64,000 nucleotides of DNA from the NCBI GenBank assembly GCA_016191105.1, contig JACPPH010000002.1, positions 141,931 through 205,930 on the forward strand, written 5' to 3'. The position numbers and the translations under genes are program-made. This document shows, in pieces, positions 30,312 to 38,513 of this stretch. Below the pieces are notes generated by a model. That model saw only the letters and a program-made list of their open reading frames with translations. It was not told where the DNA came from and made no database searches. Source of the stretch: Candidatus Saccharimonadota bacterium (GTDB lineage: Bacteria > Patescibacteriota > Saccharimonadia > CAILAD01 > BJGX01). How positions within the stretch are numbered: the first letter of the stretch is position 1; each line of letters starts with the position of its first letter.

Positions 30312-30988
30312 AGGCTATATCTTCCTATCTTTTCGTCTTTTACTACCCGGCCTCGGTTTATTGTAATCACCCGTTTTTTAAGAGCATTTACAATTTCTTT
30401 GTTGTGAGTTGTGAGCAGCACGGTTGTGCCAAATCGGTTGATCTTTAGCAGCAATTCAATAATATCCCAAGAATTTTTGGGGTCGAGGTTGCCGGTCGGT
30501 TCGTCGGCTATCAATATTTTTGGATTACGAATTAAGGCACGAGCAATTGCCGTACGTTGCTTCTCGCCGCCCGAGATTTCACTGGGGTAGTTGTGAGCTT
30601 TTTCGCTCAAACCTACTAGTTGCAATATTTTGGGCACAGCCCGTTTGATTTCGCGGGTTCGAACGCCCGAAACTTCGAGCGCAAAAGCTACGTTTTCATA
30701 CACGGTCAAATTGGGTAAAAGCTTATAATCTTGAAACACCACTCCAATTCGGCGTCTTAGGTGTGGAATGTTAGACTTATCGATAGTGTCATAGTCGATT
30801 GAACCAACAATAATCTTGCCACTAGTCGGCACATCTTCCTTAATGAGTAATCTAATCAAAGTACTTTTGCCGGCACCCGAAGCCCCCACAATGGTTACAA
30901 ATTCTTTGGGTTGAATATGCAAAGAGACGCCAGAAAGCGCCACGGTTTTATTAGGATAAATAACCGATACTCGATCGAGCAATATCAT
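30308..30988 (-). CDS. ftsE: Cell division ATP-binding protein FtsE
   Basis: 226 aa with Walker A GASGAGKST, the signature SGGEKQR, and Walker B ILIADEPT. Confidence 0.9.
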   Translation of the reverse strand: MILLDRVSVIYPNKTVALSGVSLHIQPKEFVTIVGASGAGKSTLIRLLIKEDVPTSGKIIVGSIDYDTIDKSNIPHLRRRIGVVFQDYKLLPNLTVYENVAFALEVSGVRTREIKRAVPKILQLVGLSEKAHNYPSEISGGEKQRTAIARALIRNPKILIADEPTGNLDPKNSWDIIELLLKINRFGTTVLLTTHNKEIVNALKKRVITINRGRVVKDEKIGRYSL

Positions 30989-31041
30989 CGTGTACTCATT
31001 GTAGCACTATCGCTATGCGCCGTAAAACTTATGTTTGCCAG

Positions 31042-32130
31042 CTAATTTTTTGATTTCAGCTGCCAGTCTAAGTAAGCTTCAATTAGGGGCTCGAGCTTAC
31101 CTTCGAGCACACCCGACACATCATTAGTTTCGTAGTCACTACGGTGATCCTTAACTTTGGTGTAGGGCTGCATAACATAGCTGCGAATTTGCGCACCCCA
31201 GTCGGCGGATTTGGTTTGGCCGCTAAGTTTAGACACATTTTCGGCTTTGGCCTCTCGTGCCAATTCATTCAGGCGAGATAACAATATCTTAAGTGCAGCT
31301 TGCTTGTTTTTGAGCTGTGAGCGTTCATTTTGTACGCTCACAGTAACTCCGGTTGGAATATGGGTAATCCGCACTGCACTGTCGGTGGTGTTCACGCTTT
31401 GACCGCCACGGCCGGAGCTTCGAAAAGTATCAATTCGCAAGTCACGCTGGTCAATTTCGCTGTCTTCATCTTCTATTTCAGGAACCATATCAACCAGAGC
31501 AAACGAGGTTTGGCGCAGGTTTTGAGCATTAAATGGGCTGAGCCGCACCAATCGATGAACACCCTTTTCGGCTTTCAAGAGCCCGTAGGCAAACGGCCCA
31601 CTTATGCGCACGGTTGCACTCTTAATGCCAGCTTCTTCGCCGTACGAGGTGTCAAGCACTTCGGCCTTCAGGCCTTGGCGCTCAGCATACTTTAGATACA
31701 TTTCCATGAGTATTTGAGCCCAGTCGGCCGCATCGGTACCGCCGACACCAGCTGTTATTTGTATAATTGCCGGTGACTTATCATATTCACCATTGAGCCT
31801 AACAGCCACCATAGCTGCTTGGATTCGCTTTTCTAGATCCTTAGTTAAGCCCTCAAACTCCTCAAGCTGTGTGTTATCGGCTGTCTCGGCCAATTCTAGG
31901 GTTGTTTGCACATCATCTTGGAGTCTATGCCAGTCGACCAGATATTTTTTAAGCTCAGCTGCCCTTCGGCTAACTTCTTCGGCTCTTGACTGATTAGACC
32001 AAAAATCGGCCGACTGCATATCGGCCTCGAGTTTGGCTATCTGTTCAGCATCTTTGTTTAAAGCCAACACCTCCATGGCTCTTTGGACTTCAGCTAGCAA
32101 GCTGGAAAGTTTTTCGATTATTGGTTTCAT
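31042..32130 (-). CDS. prfB: Peptide chain release factor 2 (no programmed frameshift)
   Basis: 362 aa with SPF and GGQ motifs and an intact N-terminus in one frame. Confidence 0.85.
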   Translation of the reverse strand: MKPIIEKLSSLLAEVQRAMEVLALNKDAEQIAKLEADMQSADFWSNQSRAEEVSRRAAELKKYLVDWHRLQDDVQTTLELAETADNTQLEEFEGLTKDLEKRIQAAMVAVRLNGEYDKSPAIIQITAGVGGTDAADWAQILMEMYLKYAERQGLKAEVLDTSYGEEAGIKSATVRISGPFAYGLLKAEKGVHRLVRLSPFNAQNLRQTSFALVDMVPEIEDEDSEIDQRDLRIDTFRSSGRGGQSVNTTDSAVRITHIPTGVTVSVQNERSQLKNKQAALKILLSRLNELAREAKAENVSKLSGQTKSADWGAQIRSYVMQPYTKVKDHRSDYETNDVSGVLEGKLEPLIEAYLDWQLKSKN

Positions 32131-32206
32131 AGCTTATATTATACCTTTTATGTACCAAAAAGACCCGCTGATTACTCATTGGGTCTTTTGGTTAGCTGCT
32201 TTCTAA

Positions 32207-33484
32207 TTACTTCACGTTACGCAAGGCAATTGAGACAGCTTTTTTGCTTTTTCGCAGAGCATATACACTGTAGCTGATACCAGTCATACCAAGCATGCCA
32301 GCCACACCACCCGCAACACCAGTCTGTGGCAAAGTTGTTGGCTGAGACGGTGTAACTGGAGTTACTGGAGGAGGTGTTGGTGTTAGTGGTGTCGGGGTAG
32401 GAGGCTTAGGTGGAGTAAAACTGGCTGTACTACAGACGTCTTCGCGGGTTTCGTTAGAGCCTGTACAGGCAACATTATCAACAGTTGTTACTGTAGCCGG
32501 AATGTTGTCTTTCACCTTAGCCAAAAACTGAATGTTACCATCGGCATTTGGCGAGTAATCACCCACCATCACGCCCTCACGGAACAATGCAGTATCATTT
32601 AGCTGTACGCCTTGGGGTTGGGTCACTAGATACATCTTTACCGACCCAGGCACAATATCAACGTATTGTGGCAATTTATCGGTTACTACCACTTGGCGCA
32701 TAACTGCATTGCCGGTATTCTTGTAGTTGATGTTGTACTTTACAATGTCGCCTGGTTTGGCAGCCATAGTCTTCTGCCAGTTACCGCTACCGGGCACACT
32801 AATTTCTTTGTTTATTTTTAGATTCGATGCAGTCACTTTAACCTTAATGGTCACAAGCAGGCCGTACTGAAAACAGCCCTTGACATTACCGTCGGGGCCA
32901 GTCTCGCCAATTGGTGCACCATCGCCTACAATGCTATCGGCTAGCTTGTAGCCGCCTGGCACACTGTTGGTGTAGGCTGTGGCGCTTCCTTGCTCATACT
33001 CTAAGTTAAAAGGCTGGGTACTTTTTAGATCCACACTAGCAGCCACCGTACCTGGCTGGGCATTGCTAGCTGAAATGTAGCTGATCGAACGTAGCGCCGT
33101 GTCATTGCCGGCTGGCACCAAAATTTTAACTTTGGTGTTGCGAGCAATACCAGCGCCACTAGCGTTCAGGCTAGAATCTGCGCCGTTGTGTACATAAGTA
33201 CGCATCAGCAGCTCTTGGCCTTCACGAACCTGCATGTTATCGGTAAAACCGCCTTCACTAGTGTTAGCGGCGTCTTTTACAGTGTAGAACTCGCGCTCAT
33301 CGCCATAGTTGGGGGTGCCCACAAAGGAGTTAAATGTAACATAGTCAAAGCCAGCCACACCAGGTGTGTACTGCTTAACTGGTCGCTCTGGACTCCAGTC
33401 TGCTACTGCCATGACAGGAACTAAGATCCCAATCACAACAATGCCGATCACAGAGGCCAGCTTACGCAAAACATTCTTTTTCAT
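32207..33484 (-). CDS. LPXTG-anchored surface protein (DUF11-like repeat domain)
   Basis: 425 aa with a signal peptide and a C-terminal LPQTG motif followed by a hydrophobic segment and an RKSKK tail, which is the sortase sorting signal. Confidence 0.7.
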   Translation of the reverse strand: MKKNVLRKLASVIGIVVIGILVPVMAVADWSPERPVKQYTPGVAGFDYVTFNSFVGTPNYGDEREFYTVKDAANTSEGGFTDNMQVREGQELLMRTYVHNGADSSLNASGAGIARNTKVKILVPAGNDTALRSISYISASNAQPGTVAASVDLKSTQPFNLEYEQGSATAYTNSVPGGYKLADSIVGDGAPIGETGPDGNVKGCFQYGLLVTIKVKVTASNLKINKEISVPGSGNWQKTMAAKPGDIVKYNINYKNTGNAVMRQVVVTDKLPQYVDIVPGSVKMYLVTQPQGVQLNDTALFREGVMVGDYSPNADGNIQFLAKVKDNIPATVTTVDNVACTGSNETREDVCSTASFTPPKPPTPTPLTPTPPPVTPVTPSQPTTLPQTGVAGGVAGMLGMTGISYSVYALRKSKKAVSIALRNVK

Positions 33485-33815
33485 AAGCTATAAGCTCCTT
33501 TCATAGAAGTATTAGTTAATTAAATAGCGTTCTCGTTCGGTTGTGTATATGCAATGTAAAAGGACTTTTGTATCTATTGAGCAGTAATGGTACTATATTA
33601 TACGCTTTAAGTCAATAGATAATTGTTATGTTTTTGCAGGGTTTTTCGAAAGGCCCTGAGATCAAGTTTTTTATGAAAGCCTGATCTCAAAGACTTATAG
33701 TTTCGGGTGGGTGTCGTCCCGGAGACCGAAGTCTCCAGGACGAGCGACACCCAAGAGTGGACTCTGTGTGCCATCGCACCGCGAATTGAGTCCGCTAATT
33801 CGCGGTGTTTAAGCC

Positions 33816-35306
33816 CTAGGCGGGCTTGGGCGACGGACCGGGCGGGGCCGTCGTGGGTGGCACCGGCGCCGAGCTGGGCGGCGTTGCCCTGGTGGTGGGC
33901 GGGCTTCCCCCCGGGCACAGCTGCGGACAACCGGTGCTCGGGTTCGGCACTCCTGGATTGATGTCCGGGTTGGGCGGCCTGGGGGTCACCCCACCGCAGC
34001 CACTTGGACCACAGCCTTTCACCGGCGCCGGCACAGCCGGATTGCTGATAGGCTGCTGCTCGGCGATCTTGCCCTGAGGCTTGGTCGTCGGCGTCGTCAC
34101 CGTCGGCGGTGGGATGGTCGGCCCTCCCGTCGGCGGGGGCGTCACCGTCGGCGGTGGGATTGTTGACTCCGGTGGCAGGTTTGGCGGAACCGGCACCTGC
34201 GGCACGTTCGGCGTGGGCTTGAGCGACCCCCTGTTCCCGCACGAGGCGAAGAACATGATGTATGCGTTGTCCTTCCAGAACTTCACGTACAGCCGGGGCG
34301 TGCTGGTGACGTAGTCGAACTGCACCACGGTACCGTTTTGCACGACTGTGTTGTACAGGCGGGTACCCGCTGGCAACACTCCACGTTCCACCATGGAACC
34401 TCGAACGAAGTCCAGCACGATGAACAGATCCCAACCGGCCTTGGCGGCATCGCCGACCGGGCGGGGGTCCTCGTAGGGCTTGTCTTGGCTGGCCATGATG
34501 GTCCGCGCCGCATCGTCCAAGAATGCCGGGCTGCCAACACCCTTCAGGAGCAAGTCGGAGAACATGTCCTCCGGCGTGTTTCCTTGGATGCCGTTGAGCA
34601 CAACACACTTGGTCTCACACGTCACGCCCACTCCCTGTACGAGGCCACGGCGCTGGGCAATCTTCTGAACGAAGATGGCAAGGTCGACGGTGTCGGGCTG
34701 ATGCGGTGGCGCCGTGCTTGGCGGTGTGGTAGCCATAGTTGTTGGCGCAGCTGTGCCTTGCGGTTGTGTCCCGCTCGGTACTGCCGTGGTGGTGGAAGGA
34801 GCCGTGGTGTCGCTGGGCGATGTGCTTGGCGTTGAACCACCCCCGTTGCTGGTGGTGGTAGTGACGCCGGCCAGGATTGCGACGCACTTGGTGTCTGGCG
34901 GGTCCACTCCGAGTTGCTTGAGCTTGTCGGAGCTTTCCTGCACCACCTTGGCGTCGTCGCTGCCAACTCCCTGGCACAACTCGACTGTCAGCTTGAGACA
35001 TTCGGTCGGCGTGATGCCGGCCTCTTGCAGCTTCTTGTCGTCGTCGGAGTTGTTGGTGACTCCGATCCGCTTCTGGCAGTCCTCCAGACTCACCTTGGCC
35101 TTGCGCTCTTCGGTGGTTGCGGGCGGAACAGACGCGGTCGGCGCTGGCACCTGGGTGGTGTCGGAGCCTTGAGGCCCAGGTGATTGCTGGGTTGGTTGGG
35201 CACTCGCAGTGCCGCTTTTGGCTGCAATACCGGCTACACCCACCGCCCCCAAAAGGACAGTGAACACAACCGCGCAAGCAGCGAAGATCGCATGACCCCT
35301 GGTCAT
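33816..35306 (-). CDS. GC-rich block 1: secreted/membrane-anchored Thr/Pro-rich protein with Cys-containing repeat modules
   Basis: Real start is the ATG at 35306 (MTRGHAIFAACAVVFTVLLG...) preceded by AAGGAGGTG; the track's longer ORF adds upstream shadow sequence. It has a signal/TM, T/P-rich linkers, three C-x(25-30)-C modules, and a ~130-aa C-terminal domain of unknown family. GC about 68% with GC3 codons. Confidence 0.5.
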   Translation of the reverse strand: MTRGHAIFAACAVVFTVLLGAVGVAGIAAKSGTASAQPTQQSPGPQGSDTTQVPAPTASVPPATTEERKAKVSLEDCQKRIGVTNNSDDDKKLQEAGITPTECLKLTVELCQGVGSDDAKVVQESSDKLKQLGVDPPDTKCVAILAGVTTTTSNGGGSTPSTSPSDTTAPSTTTAVPSGTQPQGTAAPTTMATTPPSTAPPHQPDTVDLAIFVQKIAQRRGLVQGVGVTCETKCVVLNGIQGNTPEDMFSDLLLKGVGSPAFLDDAARTIMASQDKPYEDPRPVGDAAKAGWDLFIVLDFVRGSMVERGVLPAGTRLYNTVVQNGTVVQFDYVTSTPRLYVKFWKDNAYIMFFASCGNRGSLKPTPNVPQVPVPPNLPPESTIPPPTVTPPPTGGPTIPPPTVTTPTTKPQGKIAEQQPISNPAVPAPVKGCGPSGCGGVTPRPPNPDINPGVPNPSTGCPQLCPGGSPPTTRATPPSSAPVPPTTAPPGPSPKPA

Positions 35307-35529
35307 CCGATCACCTCCTTGTTGTTGTCTGGGTGATGTAAAGCTGCGAACTGGGTGCAGGTTTTCTCTCCTGTACTCAGCCCACATATCAGATTACACT
35401 CTTTTCGTCTATACACAAGTATAAATCTCACATTTGGGTTGAGCGGGTGGCGCCCGGCGGGAACTCGATCCGAAGATCGAAGCTCCCTGCCGGGACCACG
35501 AGGTAGGGGCCAGAACGTCATCCTGACCG

Positions 35530-36006
35530 CTACTTTGTGCCGTGCTTGAACAGCGCCGTGCAGCCGATGATGCCACCGATCACAAACGGGGCAAGAAATG
35601 CCACGATCCGTGGCCCGCCTGCGTCCGTGAGCATGGCAGCCACGACTGCACTGCAGATTGCTGCGAACACCGTTGCAAAGCAGCCCATGAGCACGCCCAC
35701 AAGGATGTGGAGGCTCTTGCCATTGGCTGGGTCTGCGCCGCCGCCAGCGGGTGGCGGCGGTGTGGCGGCATTGGCCGATGGATCGCGTGTGAGGAACCAG
35801 AAGGTCCCCCCTGCGCCACCCAGGCCAACCACCAGGGCGGTGAGGAATCCATACAGCCACGACCAATTGAGTCCTGCGACTACAAGGGTCACGAGCAGCA
35901 GGACTCCGCCAATCACCCCGCTGATGATCAGCTGGGTTTGCTGGTCGAGCCCACCTCCGGGCGATGGGGCCGGCGCGGCATAGCGCGCACGGTTGAAACC
36001 AGGCAT
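35530..36006 (-). CDS. GC-rich block 1: small 4-TM membrane protein
   Basis: About 158 aa from the ATG at 36006 (ribosome-binding site AAGAAGGTGGG). Four hydrophobic helices and a Pro/Gly/Ala-rich loop. Followed by a nested hairpin at 35459-35500. Confidence 0.45.
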   Translation of the reverse strand: MPGFNRARYAAPAPSPGGGLDQQTQLIISGVIGGVLLLVTLVVAGLNWSWLYGFLTALVVGLGGAGGTFWFLTRDPSANAATPPPPAGGGADPANGKSLHILVGVLMGCFATVFAAICSAVVAAMLTDAGGPRIVAFLAPFVIGGIIGCTALFKHGTK

Positions 36007-36029
36007 AATGCCCACCTTCTTTCGTATAT

Positions 36030-36107
36030 GTTCGGGAGCGGTACCTGGTCGTGAACTTCATTGTTCATGTGCCCTCACGGGGGCAATATACCAGGATAGC
36101 GATCCTG
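36030..36107 (-). repeat. Copy 1 of a conserved ~76-bp upstream element (promoter/5'UTR) before the 4-TM gene
   Basis: About 90% identical to 36471-36545. Shares an invariant 25-mer GGCAATATACCAGGATAGCGATCCT and an embedded 7-bp-stem hairpin. It is positioned about -15 to -90 relative to the start codon. Confidence 0.6.
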
Positions 36108-36179
36108 AAATTGTGGGTCACGAGCGGCCGCGCTCCGGGGTAAACCGGAGCACAGCCTCTCGCGTGGCGAGATCACGTG

Positions 36180-36454
36180 AGCACTTGGTCGATGATCTCG
36201 AGCATTGCGGCCTTGAACGCCTTGTTGGCATCTTCGTCCACAACGTCCGGGAAGGACTTCAAGAAGTCGGGGCCACAGAGGTCGATCATGGCCTGCACGC
36301 CTTCCTTGTTGAACTTGACCGTGCCGCCGCCGCTGATCTCCAGTTGCTCGAGAGCAACCTTCTGCAGCAGCTCCAGGGCGCGGGCCTTCATGGCCGGGTC
36401 GGCGTCGGCTGTTGCCGACTTGGACTTCTCGTAGCGGTCTTTGCTGAACGCCAT
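36180..36454 (-). CDS. GC-rich block 1: 91-aa all-helical protein of unknown function
   Basis: ATG at 36454 preceded by CAGGAGAA: MAFSKDRYEKSKSATADADPAMKARALELLQKV...LEIIDQVLT*. No WXG or other known motif. Confidence 0.45.
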
Positions 36455-36470
36455 GATGATTCTCCTGCAT

Positions 36471-36545
36471 GTTCGTGAGCGGTACCTGGTCGCGAACCGA
36501 AGTTCACGTGCCCTCACAGGGGCAATATACCAGGATAGCGATCCT
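36471..36545 (-). repeat. Copy 2 of the conserved ~76-bp upstream element before the 91-aa gene
   Basis: Aligns to 36030-36107 with a 2-nt indel in the hairpin loop. The stem shows a compensatory change (A-C mismatch in copy 1, G-C in copy 2). The loop is TTCG in the transcribed orientation. Confidence 0.6.
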
Positions 36546-36570
36546 AACATTCTGTTGAGTTGGCCGGGGA

Positions 36571-36599
36571 GCTCCGCTGCACACAGTGTGCAGCGGAGC
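36571..36599 (-). terminator. GC-rich hairpin terminator after the J-domain-like gene
   Basis: GCTCCGCTGCACA-CAG-TGTGCAGCGGAGC has a perfect 13-bp stem. A second 7-bp hairpin TTTACCG-CTC-CGGTAAA follows. Confidence 0.5.
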
Positions 36600-36626
36600 C
36601 AACCCCGTTTACCGCTCCCGGTAAAT

Positions 36627-37874
36627 CTAGTCGTCGGCGAAGACCTCCTCGATGATGTCGAAGAACGCGGCGTAGAACACGTCGCGATCGGACTCGAAGT
36701 CACCGTTGGGATACTTCTCGAGGTAGAGGTTGAGGGCGCAGAACGCCACATCGGTGATCCCTTCCTCACTGAACGACCATGGCTTGCGAAGCGGGTCGCG
36801 CGCCCACATGCCGACGGGTGTGCGCTCGATGCACTGCTTGGCTGTCGCCACACGCGCGTCGAAGTTCGGTGGCCGAACATTGGAGCGTTGCTGTCCCGAA
36901 GGACCGCCGCGCGAACCAGCACCCGAACCACTGCTACCACCCGGTCGACTCGACGAGCCGCCACTGGCGCCAGCACCCGACCCGGACTTGGGCCGTGCGC
37001 CTCTGCCAGAGGAGCCACCTTGCGAGCCGCGTGGTCGTTGCCCATTGCCGCCGTTGCGAACGAAGATCCCCTCGAGATTCTCTCGAGTGATGTCGTCGTT
37101 CCGGTCCGGATGGGCAAACGCCAAGACGCTTCGCCAGCAGAACTTGGCCCACTTCTTGCGGTCGCCGTAGGTGAACTTCTCGCCCTTCGGGTCCACCTTG
37201 CGAGCCTCGGCCTCGAAGATCACCATGATCTGGGTCATCCAACCCCGGTACTGGCGATACAAGTCCTGCTCTTCTGGTGTACGACGCGCGAAGGCGGTGA
37301 AGCGCGCCAGGTTGTCGTCGTCTCGTGGTGGCGCGCCGAACTCGGCATGCAAACCCTGGACACCCGAGAAGTTCTCGCGGATGCCAGAGATCGCGGTGTT
37401 CAGCTCTGTGATCTCTCGATCGTTCATGTCGTCTCCCTCCTGGGGGTCTTTGGTTCCCCCCGGAGGGGATGTAGGTTCTGGTTCTTCTGCAAGATCGAGC
37501 ATGAGCGTGACGATGCCACGCTTAACCATCTCGAAGCTGGCGTTGGCTTTGCGTGTCGCGTTGAGGTTGACCCCAACAATCCGACGCACGAGCCGCCACG
37601 GCTCGGGGTCTTGCTCGGTCGCTTGTACGGGTATGCCTTGTGCTTCGAGCCATGGCACCCAGTCTTCGTAGGAAAGGGTTGGCTCGGGGTCTTCGCCTTC
37701 TGGTGGTGTGTCACCTGCCCCTGAATCTTCAAGGACTTTACCAAGTGCCACCAAGAAGTCTTCTTCACCCACCTGTCCGTCATCGGCAAGCTTGTCGCCC
37801 AGTTCAACAATGAGCTTGGGCTTAAGGTCGATCGAAACTTCCAGGTCAGCACATAGCGTTTCGAGATGCGGCAT
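36627..37874 (-). CDS. GC-rich block 1: J-domain-like (HPD motif) protein with acidic N-terminus and Gly/Ser/Arg-rich linker
   Basis: 415 aa; ATG at 37874 with a GGAGGGAAG ribosome-binding site. The segment KKWAKFCWRSVLAFAHPDRNDDITRENLEGIF matches the J-domain helix II-HPD-helix III. It is followed by an NGGNGQRPRGSQGGSSGRG... linker and a C-terminal domain of unknown family. Confidence 0.5.
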   Translation of the reverse strand: MPHLETLCADLEVSIDLKPKLIVELGDKLADDGQVGEEDFLVALGKVLEDSGAGDTPPEGEDPEPTLSYEDWVPWLEAQGIPVQATEQDPEPWRLVRRIVGVNLNATRKANASFEMVKRGIVTLMLDLAEEPEPTSPPGGTKDPQEGDDMNDREITELNTAISGIRENFSGVQGLHAEFGAPPRDDDNLARFTAFARRTPEEQDLYRQYRGWMTQIMVIFEAEARKVDPKGEKFTYGDRKKWAKFCWRSVLAFAHPDRNDDITRENLEGIFVRNGGNGQRPRGSQGGSSGRGARPKSGSGAGASGGSSSRPGGSSGSGAGSRGGPSGQQRSNVRPPNFDARVATAKQCIERTPVGMWARDPLRKPWSFSEEGITDVAFCALNLYLEKYPNGDFESDRDVFYAAFFDIIEEVFADD

Positions 37875-37912
37875 TGCTTCCCTCCTCGGGTAGTGCCCCG
37901 GGAGGGGCGTCT

Positions 37913-38009
37913 TGTTTACTGTTACCTACAGGAGCCTGCGTACGGCATTCAATCTTGGGCGGCAAGATCGCTTACACGTACACAGGTGCCTGTAGGCAGT
38001 TTGTAAACT
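37913..38009. repeat. ~95-bp imperfect palindrome with reiterated CCTACAGG/CCTGTAGG/GTAGGCAG motifs at the block 1 boundary
   Basis: Left arm TGTTTACTGTTACCTACAGGAGCCTGCGTACGG and right arm CGTACACAGGTGCCTGTAGGCAGTTTGTAAACT, centred on AATCTTGGGCGGCAAGATCG. The motif recurs at 38055-38062. The GC content drops to backbone level right after it. Confidence 0.55.
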
Positions 38010-38163
38010 AAAAAGCAGGTAAAATAGCCTGTTCTATACGAACAAGCAACCCTCCTGCCTACTTATTTAGGGAGCGGATATTTCAAATTGAACGATCCAT
38101 AGCCTAAGCTATGAACTCGGAAACAATATACTACAAAACTATCGTTTTGTCAAGTATTTTCTA

Positions 38164-38511
38164 CTATTTTTGGTATTCAGCTCGTAGTGCTTTTCGAGCT
38201 TCAGATACGTCTTCGAACAGCTCGGTTTTCATGCGCCTAATCTCTTCGGCTACAATTGCCTGGTAGTCGAGTACATGATCGTTCAGGTATTGCCCCACCT
38301 TGGTGTCATCACCTGCATCCATTAACACTACAAGCTCGTTAAGCTCAGTCTCGGTTAAGGCATCTATAATTCGAACCGCCAACCTGTTCTGAACAATCTC
38401 GGCCATAGTATCCAGCAGTTCAGCCTTTTGTTCATCCGAAACAGCTTCGATCCCCAGCTCTTTAAAAAGTACAACCCCAAATTGATCTGTTGGGATTTTT
38501 TGATTGTCCAT
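38164..38511 (-). CDS. hypothetical acidic helical protein
   Basis: 115-aa ORF with backbone GC, directly downstream of the 459-aa gene. Confidence 0.4.
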   Translation of the reverse strand: MDNQKIPTDQFGVVLFKELGIEAVSDEQKAELLDTMAEIVQNRLAVRIIDALTETELNELVVLMDAGDDTKVGQYLNDHVLDYQAIVAEEIRRMKTELFEDVSEARKALRAEYQK

Positions 38512-38513
38512 TG

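Noticed and set aside
31042-32130. Programmed +1 frameshift in prfB
   Set aside because: The RF2 ORF is intact in one frame from an N-terminal Met through the SPF and GGQ motifs. No CTT-TGA-C shifty site splits it.
36480-36510. LexA/Cheo box (GAAC-N4-GTTC) in the copy 2 upstream element
   Set aside because: Only copy 2 has N4 spacing; copy 1 has N6. Flanking bases match the CGAACRNRYGTTYC consensus poorly. It is kept only as a remark inside the repeat finding.
33607-37724. Long ORFs in the track inside the GC-rich block (e.g. 33607..34608, 34615..35277, 35303..36061, 35542..36054, 36173..37117, 36441..37724)
   Set aside because: These are shadow ORFs in alternative frames or on the opposite strand of 65-70% GC DNA, where stop codons are rare. 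The products are Arg/Pro/Gly-rich low-complexity strings with no ribosome-binding site. Manual reading supports only the four minus-strand genes listed.
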